Positions 1 through 8,759 of a stretch of 64,000 bases of DNA are shown one piece after another. Source of the stretch: Candidatus Aldehydirespiratoraceae bacterium (GTDB lineage Bacteria > Actinomycetota > Acidimicrobiia > Acidimicrobiales > Aldehydirespiratoraceae); the NCBI GenBank assembly GCA_965208435.1, contig OZ242337.1:2572588-2636587 (forward strand), read 5' to 3'. The notes under the pieces were generated by a model. That model made no database searches. It saw only the letters and a list, made by a program, of their open reading frames with translations, and was not told the origin of the DNA. How positions within the stretch are numbered: the stretch's first letter is position 1; each line of letters opens with the position of its first letter. The translations under genes and the position numbers were made by a program.

Positions 1-84
1 CGATTGGGGGATACCCGAGGACGAGTACGTGGATGTGTCCAGTGACCTGTCCAACGACACGGCACGTCTCATTCAATCGCTCGC

Positions 85-471
85 GTGATCGACACCGCCT
101 CAGTCCGGAGGCTGCACGCGCAGTGCGGCTGCATCACGGTGGACAACGAACCGTCGCCACTCACCCGAGACGGTCTCGAACACGACGGCTGCCGCCTTCG
201 AATAGGTGGACTGCGCCTGGTCATCGAGTGCGACGAGTGCAAAGCCTTTGTGAAGGATCAGCAACGGCCCGATCTGCTGGTGTTTCGAGTTGTCGACGGT
301 GAGGCTCAGTGGGTCGTGATCGAACCCTCGGCTATCGCCCGCCCCACGTTTTGTTCGCAGGTTCAAGGACTTGGTGGTCTGCGGGCTTTGGTAGCCGTCA
401 TCAGCAGGTACACCATTCGGCTCGGGACACTCCTGCCTGTTTCAGCAGTTCGCCGATCAGGCCCTTGCTGA
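85..471 (+). CDS. hypothetical small protein (uncertain ORF)
   Basis: GTG-start ORF with moderately coding-like third-position GC. It overlaps the 3' end of hicA on the opposite strand, and an equally long antisense ORF (100..366) exists, so strand and reality are unresolved. Confidence 0.25.
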   Translation: MIDTASVRRLHAQCGCITVDNEPSPLTRDGLEHDGCRLRIGGLRLVIECDECKAFVKDQQRPDLLVFRVVDGEAQWVVIEPSAIARPTFCSQVQGLGGLRALVAVISRYTIRLGTLLPVSAVRRSGPC

Positions 472-628
472 GGTCACCGGAATGGTTGTTCGGGATGGTG
501 AGCGGCCGTTGGCCCTCTTTGTACATGGTGTCGTGTTTCCGCCCGCGGTGGGGGCCGCTCCATCCCAAGTCTTTGAATCGGCGTATGAGTCTGGTGCGGG
601 AGAGCGGGACGAGTCTCTCGCCCATCAA
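401..628 (-). CDS. hicA: HicA-family mRNA interferase toxin
   Basis: 75-aa ORF. The segment LIRRFKDLGW...GRKHDTMYKEGQRPLTIPNNHSGDLSKGLIGELLKQAGV fits the HicA/YcfA pattern (xxGSHxxx...vP.H..dl..Gtl..ilkqaG). Its start overlaps the upstream hicB stop in an ATGA at 625-628. Confidence 0.75.
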   Translation of the reverse strand: MMGERLVPLSRTRLIRRFKDLGWSGPHRGRKHDTMYKEGQRPLTIPNNHSGDLSKGLIGELLKQAGVSRAEWCTC

Positions 629-861
629 TCGGGATTGAAGTTGACGCCGCCCATGACGGGGATGTCGTCGGCCCCGTGCTCGAGTTGGACGTGGACCCAG
701 TCGGCCAGAGCGGAGCGGAGGCTGTCGAGCGCTTCGTCCTTGGTGCTGCCGTATCCGAGCGCTCCCTGGAGTCCGGCGACTGTCGCGACGAACTCTTCGG
801 GTCCGATGGTGCTCACCTTTGCGTGGGGCATGGCGGCATCAGACCATTCGGCGAGCAGCAC
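625..861 (-). CDS. hicB: HicB-like antitoxin (UPF0150 fold)
   Basis: 78-aa ORF directly upstream of hicA and translationally coupled to it. The segment GYGSTKDEALDSLRSALADWV resembles the HicB N-terminal domain. Confidence 0.65.
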   Translation of the reverse strand: MLLAEWSDAAMPHAKVSTIGPEEFVATVAGLQGALGYGSTKDEALDSLRSALADWVHVQLEHGADDIPVMGGVNFNPD

Positions 862-949
862 GATGTACAGGTCTTCTTGTGATCTTGTCGAGTCGGGGTC
901 GGCTTGAATGGTTTTTACATTCTGGTATCAGCCCATTTCGTGTTGTTGG

Positions 950-1200
950 TCAGACCAGGGTGCCCAGGGGGGCTGCGGCGATGCGGTCGCCGAGTCGGAA
1001 GGCCGTGGTGGACGGGTGGACTACGAGTCCGGCCCTGAAGGTGTGGCCGAGCCGGTCCCGCAATGACGTCAGGTGGCGGGCATCGGCACTATGTCCAACA
1101 ACTGTCCCCGCACGACATCGACGATGCCGGTCCCCCAGGCCTTGTCCCGGAACTTCCCGCGGCACCACATCAGATGCTCGTCTGGTCGGGGCGATCCGCG
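950..1200 (-). pseudogene. frameshifted C-terminal remnant of a DUF4143-type ATPase
   Basis: The tail HLTSLRDRLGHTFRAGLVVHPSTTAFRLGDRIAAAPLGTLV resembles the conserved end of DUF4143 proteins. The preceding expected block (GTGIVDVVRGQLLDIV) lies in another frame, and no N-terminal AAA part is present. Confidence 0.35.
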
Positions 1201-1247
1201 GAGCGTAGCCGGGTTGGTCTATCGACCGGCGCTTGGTTTTGTGGCTG

Positions 1248-2555
1248 CTACTGCGAACGGCAACCACCTGCGTGGCCTTTCGCGAGCACGCAGTAGTCGT
1301 GTGCCCTCGGCATGAACTTGCGGCATCTTGGTTTGCTGGCCCGCGCGGTTGTTGAGTCGCCGGGCTCTGACAGTCGGAGCTCGTCGTCTGTTCCCATCTC
1401 TTCGAGGATGACCGTTCGGGGTACCAGGGTCGATAACTGGAACAACCCGCGGCTTGCTTTGGTCACATAGCAGAGATCGGTGAGCCGTTTGAGGTTGTTG
1501 GCCGCGGCGGTTCTTGACACTTGCACGGTTCGGTGGATCTCGTTCAGCGTCGCCATCCCGCCGCTGTGTGCGATCACGCCGAGAAGTTCCTGATCTCTTT
1601 CAGCAAGGTCGTACCAGGCAGGCAGGCTGATCTTTGCGGCGGTTTCTCTCTCGGCGGTGTCGATAGCCGCGGAGACTACGGACATGCCGATCTCGTTGTC
1701 GGGCGCACCAGCCATCCTCCACGCTGTATCGCCGATCATCTGAAGCTTGTACGGCGACCCGTCGACCGCTTCTGCGGCGGCCCGCAGAGCGTCGCCTGCG
1801 ATGGACCCGCCCGCCGCGCGGATCGGGTGGATCAACCCGACCGAAGCGTCGCTCGCCGACAACGGCGGCATGTCGTACGGCTCGCATCGCTGGAAAAACG
1901 TCAATTTTCTGTCTCTCAGCAAGGTGTGCTTGATCTCTGGCAGTCCAGCCCCGAGAAACGCCAGAGGCTTCTCTGAGCGGCGGGTGATGTGTTGAAGGTC
2001 GTTCGCCAACCTGCGTCCCTCTGTGCGGTCGATGCTGTGCAACTCGTCGACGCTCAACAGCACAGAGGTCCCGTTTCGTTGCACTGCGTCGACGAGGTAG
2101 GTGAGATGCTCCCAGACGCCCATCCGTGCGTGAAAGTCTCGGCTCTCGGTTGTAGTCACGCTTCCCGCGACTGGACCCAGCCGAACCCCGATGGTCCTCT
2201 CGACCGATTTCGTGTGCGGCTGTTCCATGTTGAGCGTCTCGACTGTTCGCTGCGCGTGGACAACAGCACCGACGATCCGCTCCAGCAGCCCAGGCGTGCT
2301 CGCATCCATCGAAAGCACAACCCAGCCCTCACGCACCGCTCGGTCTTCGATTTCGTTGAGCGTCACAGTCTTACCCGAACCCCGCACACCCATCAAGATG
2401 CTGGTGTACCGCTTATCGTTCGGCCCAGAGACCAGCCCGTCGCCCACATTCGACAGAATGCGATCTCGCCCGACCATGGACTGCGGGCTTTTCCTAAAAT
2501 GCGGCGAGAACGGGCTGACAGTCATGTTCCCGAGAGCTGATCGGTGCTCCATCAT
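1248..2555 (-). CDS. AAA/ATPase_2-type ATP-binding protein with C-terminal winged-helix domain
   Basis: 435 aa. It has the N-terminal MVGRDRILSNV motif, then a Walker A (GVRGSGKT), a Walker B-like LLSVDELH and a C-terminal wHTH-like segment (LNEIHRTVQVSRTAAANNLKRLTDLCYVTK). Confidence 0.8.
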   Translation of the reverse strand: MMEHRSALGNMTVSPFSPHFRKSPQSMVGRDRILSNVGDGLVSGPNDKRYTSILMGVRGSGKTVTLNEIEDRAVREGWVVLSMDASTPGLLERIVGAVVHAQRTVETLNMEQPHTKSVERTIGVRLGPVAGSVTTTESRDFHARMGVWEHLTYLVDAVQRNGTSVLLSVDELHSIDRTEGRRLANDLQHITRRSEKPLAFLGAGLPEIKHTLLRDRKLTFFQRCEPYDMPPLSASDASVGLIHPIRAAGGSIAGDALRAAAEAVDGSPYKLQMIGDTAWRMAGAPDNEIGMSVVSAAIDTAERETAAKISLPAWYDLAERDQELLGVIAHSGGMATLNEIHRTVQVSRTAAANNLKRLTDLCYVTKASRGLFQLSTLVPRTVILEEMGTDDELRLSEPGDSTTARASKPRCRKFMPRAHDYCVLAKGHAGGCRSQ

Positions 2556-2596
2556 GCAAGCCTACACCACTGCTCAACCGCTCCCTCATGACTTAT

Positions 2597-2650
2597 GAAC
2601 TCACCTCATCATTAGTTAACTTGCCTCACGACCTGTGAACTTGAACCTCA
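2597..2650. promoter_or_regulatory. three phased direct repeats (GAAC/TAAC..CCTCA) upstream of the ATPase gene
   Basis: gaactcacctca (2597), taacttgcctca (2617) and gaacttgaacctca (2637) start exactly 20 bp apart. They lie 42-95 nt upstream of the minus-strand start at 2555. Confidence 0.3.
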
Positions 2651-3058
2651 CAATCCACGCCCGCGCAGCCAACAACTGCGGACTACCCCTTGGATCCGGG
2701 TGCTCTGGCTTGACTGCCGTTCCGTCCCGCCAAGGTGCTGGGCGTTGGCTAGAGGTCATCGCGGGGGCCGCGCAGGGTTTCTGGCTCTACGCGTTTGTGG
2801 GTGGGGTCCGGTCAGGGTGGGGGTCCGCAGTGGTGTTGAGCGTGCCGGGTCGGGTGTGTTGTCGGGCACGGCGGGAGCCTGGGCGGTCGTCGCGGCGGGG
2901 CCTGTGCTGTGCACCAAAAGCATTCAGGAGTCCCGGGAAGGTTTGATATTGCTTCGTGTTGGTTCTGGTAGTACGCTACGGGTACTCGCTGCACATGGCT
3001 ACAGCTTCCCCCACCAACAACTTCCCACATTTACAGAACAACCAACGGGAGACTTGCC

Positions 3059-3490
3059 GTGACCGCCGCCGAGCAGGAGCGATTCGAGCTCCGCAACAGA
3101 CTGATCGAAGCGCTTGGAGAGGACGTGGCCACCAAACTCATGGACTCGCTGCCACCATTCTCGTGGGACCAGGTCGCAACCAAAGACGACCTCAACACGC
3201 TGAGCGCAACGATGACCGCGAAGTTCGACCAAGTCGACGCCCAGTTCACCGCTGTGGCAGCAGAGTTCGTCAACCTACGAGGCGAGATCTCCAAAGAGAT
3301 CGGACGGCTCGACAGCAAGATCACCACCGAGATCGGCGCGCTCGACAGCAAGATCACCACCGAGATCGGCGCCCTCGACAGTAGTTTCTCCAAGAAGATC
3401 ACCGAGCAGACTCGGGTCATGGTGTTGATGATCTCCGGGTTCTCGCTGACCGTGTGCGGGGCCATGGCCGGCGGCATCCTCTTCGCCTGA
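3059..3490 (+). CDS. DUF1640-like tail-anchored coiled-coil protein (paralog 1)
   Basis: 143 aa with the N-terminal motif LMDSLPPFSWDQVATKDDL, a heptad/hendecad-like coiled coil, a perfect 33-nt tandem repeat (LDSKITTEIGA x2.3) and a C-terminal TM helix. It is paralogous to the genes at 12320 and 27439. Confidence 0.7.
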   Translation: MTAAEQERFELRNRLIEALGEDVATKLMDSLPPFSWDQVATKDDLNTLSATMTAKFDQVDAQFTAVAAEFVNLRGEISKEIGRLDSKITTEIGALDSKITTEIGALDSSFSKKITEQTRVMVLMISGFSLTVCGAMAGGILFA

Positions 3491-3921
3491 ACACCCATGC
3501 ACGCCCTCTTGGGAGCGTGCCAGACCGCGTCCGCGGCGCTCCACGTTCAAGCGCAGGCCCCGTAACGGCGGACATGAACCCGCAACGGCCCGGCGTCGCC
3601 GCCGCACACCTCCACGCCGCCCAGCCCCCAACCAACAACTCACACACGCGTGCAGGGACAACTTCCACACCGATCCTCCAGAGTCTCGGCTGCAGATTCA
3701 GCACCGATTCTGGAGGATCTCTCGCGTTCAGCCGCGGACCCTCACCCCACCGACTCCACCCGCCAACGGACACCCCAACACTATGAGTGCGAAGAGCCGT
3801 TTAAGGCAGCTTGACGACATGATGCGCAGTTCGTCGGTCCAGTCGAGGAACACTTTGTCGTATTGGAGTTCAGTCCCACTCTTTGGGCGCGGAGATCGCG
3901 TTCGGTCGCCAATGCCAGAGT

Positions 3922-4707
3922 TCACGAAGCATCTTCCTTGGTCTGTTGCCGCCTGAATTGATCATGACTGGGAAGCCGGTGCGTAGCGACTTGTCTCACG
4001 TTCTCACGGAACGTTGGCCAACTTTGGAGCAAACCGAACGCGACTTGGGGAACGGCGAGCGTCGTGTAGGGAAATAGTACAAGCGATGCACCAGACTCAT
4101 CGTCATGAGGAGCGTTGACGGTGGCCACCAATGCCACATTGAGGAACCGCATCACCGCTACGCCACTACCTTCGCTCTCTGCTAGTTCTATTTCGGCGTA
4201 CCACTCGCGACACTGTTCCTTGCTGAGCCTTACCGTTTGCGGCAGCGGTCCCTTTGGAAGGCCGATGTATAGGAACGGTGCAACCAGTCCTCCAACGAGA
4301 GGTTCGCCGACGCGGACTTCCGCATCATGACGCGAGGGGTCGACGGTGAGGGCATCACCGTGCAGATAGGGGCGTGAGAGCCGAGTTGCGAGGGTGTCTC
4401 GTTGCGTCTCCGCCTTCTGGCGTGCTTCCTCAGCTTCCTGGCGTGCCTCCTCTGCATCGTCCAAGCGTTTCAGGAGACCACTGACCCCCTCAGGCACCCG
4501 GCGAGCGAACCATGCGAGGCATCCAGTCGCAACGGCTGTGACCAGCACAGCAGATAGTGCGAGCCATCCTCGAAACGCTTCAGGCGTGCCGGCGCTGCTT
4601 GTTGGCTCCGGCATGGCCTCCCATGTCGTAGCCAACCACACGCCAACAGCAACCGCCGCGAGGAGCACAACGGCTGCGATCACTGCAACGACAGCCTTCA
4701 TGGTCAT
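3922..4707 (-). CDS. hypothetical membrane protein (2 TM, charged coiled coil, globular C-terminal domain)
   Basis: Start chosen at MTMKAVVAV (4707), which precedes two hydrophobic helices. These are followed by DDAEEARQEAEEARQKAETQRD. I recognise no family. Confidence 0.5.
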   Translation of the reverse strand: MTMKAVVAVIAAVVLLAAVAVGVWLATTWEAMPEPTSSAGTPEAFRGWLALSAVLVTAVATGCLAWFARRVPEGVSGLLKRLDDAEEARQEAEEARQKAETQRDTLATRLSRPYLHGDALTVDPSRHDAEVRVGEPLVGGLVAPFLYIGLPKGPLPQTVRLSKEQCREWYAEIELAESEGSGVAVMRFLNVALVATVNAPHDDESGASLVLFPYTTLAVPQVAFGLLQSWPTFRENVRQVATHRLPSHDQFRRQQTKEDAS

Positions 4708-5390
4708 CCGTCTGGTGACGCGAGATACAGGTCCACGCCAGCAGACTACGGCCACCGCCGCGCAGCGATCCAGTTCTGTAAGCCACCAGAGCAACGAAGA
4801 GTTTGGAGTTGCGGGGTTGATCTCGGTGGTCGTAGGTTCGTGGGGTGGCTCGGATTGACGATCTGATCAGTCGGGTAGGCGATGAGCGTCTGCGTCGTGA
4901 TCTTGAGGACTCGGTAAGCGCCTTCGTAACGGTTTGAAGTTCGGTCTGGTGTTCGAGGAGCACGAGCCTGAAGTGCTGGCGACTCCCGGGGTTACGATCC
5001 GTGCGGGTTCGACAGCTAGCGGCGAGGCCGTGGCGTTTGTGCCTCGCGTCATCGATCAGTTCTTTGACGGCGCGCTGGAACGCCGCATCGTCTCTCGAAC
5101 TGCATCTTGAGGAGCCAGTTGGGCAAGTCAGAGCGGGATCTGGATGATGGCTCTGCACACGGCGACATCCTGGTCCTAGACGACATAGCGGTTCACCGCT
5201 TCCATCGGCCCGAACCCACCGATCCGGCGGAGGTCGAGCAGGTTGACAACGAGCCCGATTGGGGGATACCGGAGCTTCGTCCCGCGAGTTTGCTGGTCGC
5301 CCATGCGTGGGAGGCTACGAGACCTGCGGTCAAACCTCCAGTCCCTCTCTAGGTTCGACCCGATTCTCTGGGTCGAACCTCCCCAATGAA

Positions 5391-6695
5391 CTAGCGGCGA
5401 TCCGGGGCGTAGCCGACTACGGCTTCGTACGTGTCTCCGTCGCTCAACTCCTGTACGAGCTTGTCGACCCAAGCTTGGGTGTACCCGTACCCGCGCATGA
5501 GCCGGTCCCAGCGGCAGAAGTCGCCGTTGGTCGCCTCCGGCTCGCCCGCATCGCTGGCTGGACGTACACCGTAGTGCCGCCAACATCTTGTGTGCGTGTC
5601 CATGGTGAAGCGGTGTGGCAGCCGTTCAGAAACGAGATTCACGACCTCTTTTGGACGGAACAGATCGTCGGATGCGACGGGAGTGATCTTCCGCTTCGTC
5701 ACGACGCCGATCTCTGCCAGCTGGTCGGCCATTTCGGGGGTGACCTGGTCTGGCCTGACGAAGCGAACGACCGAGTCGGCTGACCGTTCCCGATTCGCCG
5801 TCACCGCGACGAAGAAGATCTGGAGGCAGTAGTCGGAACTCTTGAGGATGTCCTCATCGAGGTCCGCGCGGTGCCTAGCCAAGAACTCGACTACGTCAGT
5901 AGGCAGCTGCGCTTGCGCCTTTCGAAGCGAACTGAGCGCGCCATCATTGCGGAACCCGCTCAGCTGGAGCGGGACGGCCAACCGGTCGCCCAGCGCGGCT
6001 TCGTCTCCGAACTGCGCCACCAGGAGGTTCTCGAAGTTGAGAAGCATCGCTTGCGCCTCGCCGACCACAGCGGGATCCAGCGCCGGCAAGTATCGATGAG
6101 CGATCTGGTTTCGTAGCCCTAGGAAGAAGTCGAGATTGGCTCGAACCGACGGGCGCTCATCGCCTGCCAGCGCTCGGTCAAACAGTTGCTTCGTGTCGAG
6201 GACCTTCGCGCGTCCGTCGATCAAGATCTGAGAGCCATTCTGATCACGCTGGTAGTAGTCGACGCCTGAGCGTTCCAGCAGAGCCTGGAGTAGCGAGTTC
6301 CATGCGACGATCATGAGAACGATGAACGTTTCGGTTCGGAAGCCTGCGAGGGGATCGTTGTAGACGCGTACGGCCGCCAGCGCCGCTTCGCGGCCCTTGG
6401 CCAGCAGCCGGTACTCCTCGGCCAGATCTCCAGCTTCGGTGGGAGATACGCCGTTCGCGCGTAGCAGAGCCTCCAATTTCGCGATCCGGGTGCTCTGACT
6501 TGACTGCCGCTCCGTTTCGACATCGAGCCAGCGCTTGACGTAGGCGGTGAAAGCCTTTCCGTGGGAGGTGGCGTTGTCCCAGTATTCGATCTCTAACCGT
6601 GACTTCGGCTCCCCGTCCCGCCATCGCTCGTACATCTCGGTCGCGAGTCGTACATGTTCCTCTTGAGTATGGTCCTCTCCGTCACGATCGTTCAT
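5391..6695 (-). CDS. DUF3644-like protein (defence-island associated family)
   Basis: 434 aa. The segment EAALAAVRVYNDPLAGFRTETFIVLMIVAWNSLLQALL and the later LGLRNQIAHRY resemble the DUF3644 signature. The assignment is by eye only. Confidence 0.6.
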   Translation of the reverse strand: MNDRDGEDHTQEEHVRLATEMYERWRDGEPKSRLEIEYWDNATSHGKAFTAYVKRWLDVETERQSSQSTRIAKLEALLRANGVSPTEAGDLAEEYRLLAKGREAALAAVRVYNDPLAGFRTETFIVLMIVAWNSLLQALLERSGVDYYQRDQNGSQILIDGRAKVLDTKQLFDRALAGDERPSVRANLDFFLGLRNQIAHRYLPALDPAVVGEAQAMLLNFENLLVAQFGDEAALGDRLAVPLQLSGFRNDGALSSLRKAQAQLPTDVVEFLARHRADLDEDILKSSDYCLQIFFVAVTANRERSADSVVRFVRPDQVTPEMADQLAEIGVVTKRKITPVASDDLFRPKEVVNLVSERLPHRFTMDTHTRCWRHYGVRPASDAGEPEATNGDFCRWDRLMRGYGYTQAWVDKLVQELSDGDTYEAVVGYAPDRR

Positions 6696-6817
6696 TCGCT
6701 ACTCCTGTCGACTAGTGGTGACCGTACCGGCGATCCGTTTGGCGTCGGTGAACAAGGCTGCCAAAGTGGGAACCGAGGCAGGGGAGGCTGAGCGTGCGGG
6801 CGTAGACTCGGAATCCG

Positions 6818-7606
6818 ATGAATCAGATTTCGTTCGAAGGTCTCGCCGACAGTTTGGCGCCCGAGGCACTCGACTTGTTCCGAGAGATGGCGGCAGCCCA
6901 CCTTGAGAGCACCGGCGATCGCTTGTTCATTTCGACCTCCACGTCCGCTGGCACGAACCTGAACTTCCTAGGACAGGGATCCAAGCGACCGTTCAGCGGA
7001 GCCGACGAAGGCTCACTCGCCGATCTAACGGACTGGGGTCTACTTCGCATCGACTACGGAGAGAGAGGAACGCCGAACTACCGAGTCACGGGGGAAGGGC
7101 AGCGGTTCTATCGACACCTGATGCAGGGCAAAGGGTCTGCGATTGACCAAATCGAAGAAGAGACTCGCCGCGTGATCTCTGGATCGGAGTATGCCGAGGC
7201 CCACCCGAAAGCAGCGCACCATTTGCGTGAGGCCTTTGACTTGCTCTGGAGTGGACGGATGGACAATCCGGTCGTGTCTGAACTTGGAGACCACTTGCGC
7301 AAGGCGGTGATGGACGCGACTACCGACCTAGTCGGGCCTGACGCGGAGGGAGGACAGGAGAAACCGATAGAACGCCTGAGGCTCCATCTGGAGGGGCTCG
7401 AACTTCCGTCACGCGAAGCCGAAGTTGTGTCTCGGATCGTCGAACTCGCCGAGGCTGTACTGAGGCTCGATCATCGCCTCAACCATATTCGTGATGAGGC
7501 GGACAAAGGAGAGCCCGACGCGCCTTGGGAAGAGGTTCGACGCGCGGCGTTCACAACAGCGTTCACGTGCTATGAACTCGACCGGTTGCAAGTTGCTGAG
7601 CATTGA
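6818..7606 (+). CDS. hypothetical protein, divergent from the DUF3644-like gene
   Basis: 262-aa ORF with good coding appearance. Its helical C-terminal half (HPKAAHHLREAFDLLW...LGDHLRKAV) is reminiscent of TIGR02391/Abi_C-type helical domains. Confidence 0.55.
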   Translation: MNQISFEGLADSLAPEALDLFREMAAAHLESTGDRLFISTSTSAGTNLNFLGQGSKRPFSGADEGSLADLTDWGLLRIDYGERGTPNYRVTGEGQRFYRHLMQGKGSAIDQIEEETRRVISGSEYAEAHPKAAHHLREAFDLLWSGRMDNPVVSELGDHLRKAVMDATTDLVGPDAEGGQEKPIERLRLHLEGLELPSREAEVVSRIVELAEAVLRLDHRLNHIRDEADKGEPDAPWEEVRRAAFTTAFTCYELDRLQVAEH

Positions 7607-7885
7607 TGCCCGCCTATCCTCGTGAGTTGCCGCTTGGACACGGACGAGTGGACTGAGGGGGTCGTCGGCCCCAAAGCGCCTCGCCCAAAGGCTGAACTCC
7701 GACGACTCGAAATCGACCATTGAGCGGACGCAAAGGCTCCGGTTCGTTCGTCTGGTGGGTCTCAGGGGTCAGGATGCCATGGGGATGTGCGAGGAATTGC
7801 AGCCTGATACAGACCACAGAAGCGTTGTCACAGCTAGCTACCTCCGAGCGTATGCTCAACGCGAATTAGAGAGAAAGAGAACCGT

Positions 7886-8719
7886 GTGACACCCAGACCA
7901 CCCTGGTCGAAACGGCAGACAAGTGAGAGCATCGAGGAGTTCTTTGTTCTGCGCGAGGGAGTACCCGACGGGTTGCGCAACTCTCTGCTAGGCGTTTTCG
8001 ACGACTATTTCATAAGAGGCGGCTTCATAGATCTTCAACGAACGGAACACCTCGCGCGACTAACCGGGCGTGCGCTACCGCAATACCCCGGAGAGCTCAG
8101 GGCGTTGGTCTGGAATGACCAAGAACTCTTGCTTGATGCCATCGACCACCTGTTGCAATACCCGGGCGGAGATCCAACAGAATCGCGCCACTTGTTGGAG
8201 AGAGTGGTGTCGTATCTTAGCGATGCCCGCAGCGTTTTCGATGTTGTCCAGCTTGATGGGTGGAAGTGTGAACTTGTTTGGAGGCAGCCTCCGGAACTTA
8301 CCGAGATCGTTGCGAAGGTGACCTCCGATCGGTCGCGAGCGTCAGATCACCTCCGCCGAGCTTGGTCGCATGCGTTTGCTCGTCGCCCCGATCCTTCGGC
8401 TGCCTGTATCGAAGCTGCAAAAGCTGTGGAAGCAGCCGCACGAGCGACAATCGAACCCAACAACCCCAGAGCAACGTTGGGAACGATGCTCAAGGTTGTA
8501 GAAGCCAAACCCGAGAAGTGGACGACGGTCTTCGAGTCGTCGGACGCCGGTTCCCTGGAAACGGTTATCTCGATGATGCAGATGATGTGGAAAGGGCACC
8601 TTCGTCACGGCAACCCAGAAGAACCGATTGATGTGTCAACCGAACAGTGCGAGATGATTGTTCACACTGCGGCCCTGCTCGTCCACTGGTTCGGTTCTGG
8701 ACGGATCAAGACTGTCTAG
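7886..8719 (+). CDS. Abi_C / TIGR02391-like protein
   Basis: 277 aa. The C-terminal half (ACIEAAKAVEAAARATIEP...TLGTML......MWKGHLRHGNPEEP...EQCEMIVHTAALLVHWF) fits the helical Abi C-terminus / TIGR02391 pattern, which has a conserved R.(G/N).xH. Confidence 0.55.
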   Translation: MTPRPPWSKRQTSESIEEFFVLREGVPDGLRNSLLGVFDDYFIRGGFIDLQRTEHLARLTGRALPQYPGELRALVWNDQELLLDAIDHLLQYPGGDPTESRHLLERVVSYLSDARSVFDVVQLDGWKCELVWRQPPELTEIVAKVTSDRSRASDHLRRAWSHAFARRPDPSAACIEAAKAVEAAARATIEPNNPRATLGTMLKVVEAKPEKWTTVFESSDAGSLETVISMMQMMWKGHLRHGNPEEPIDVSTEQCEMIVHTAALLVHWFGSGRIKTV

Positions 8720-8759
8720 GTCGGCTGACTTGCGGGAGCTGGTGCGGCGAGCGGAGGAC

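Noticed and set aside
1-20. 16-17-nt identity (cgattgggggatacc.ga) between the window start and 5255-5272, considered as island att-type direct repeats.
   Set aside because: A single match of this length is near chance expectation for all-against-all comparison of a 64-kb GC-rich window. Both copies also appear to lie in coding-like minus-strand frames encoding (G/R)YPPI, so paralogous gene fragments are as likely.
2688-2929. Possible MITE-like IS1380 derivative, bounded on the left by ccttggatccgggtg and on the right by gcattcagg.
   Set aside because: The terminal matches to the IS inverted repeat are weak, and no target-site duplication flanks the candidate ends.
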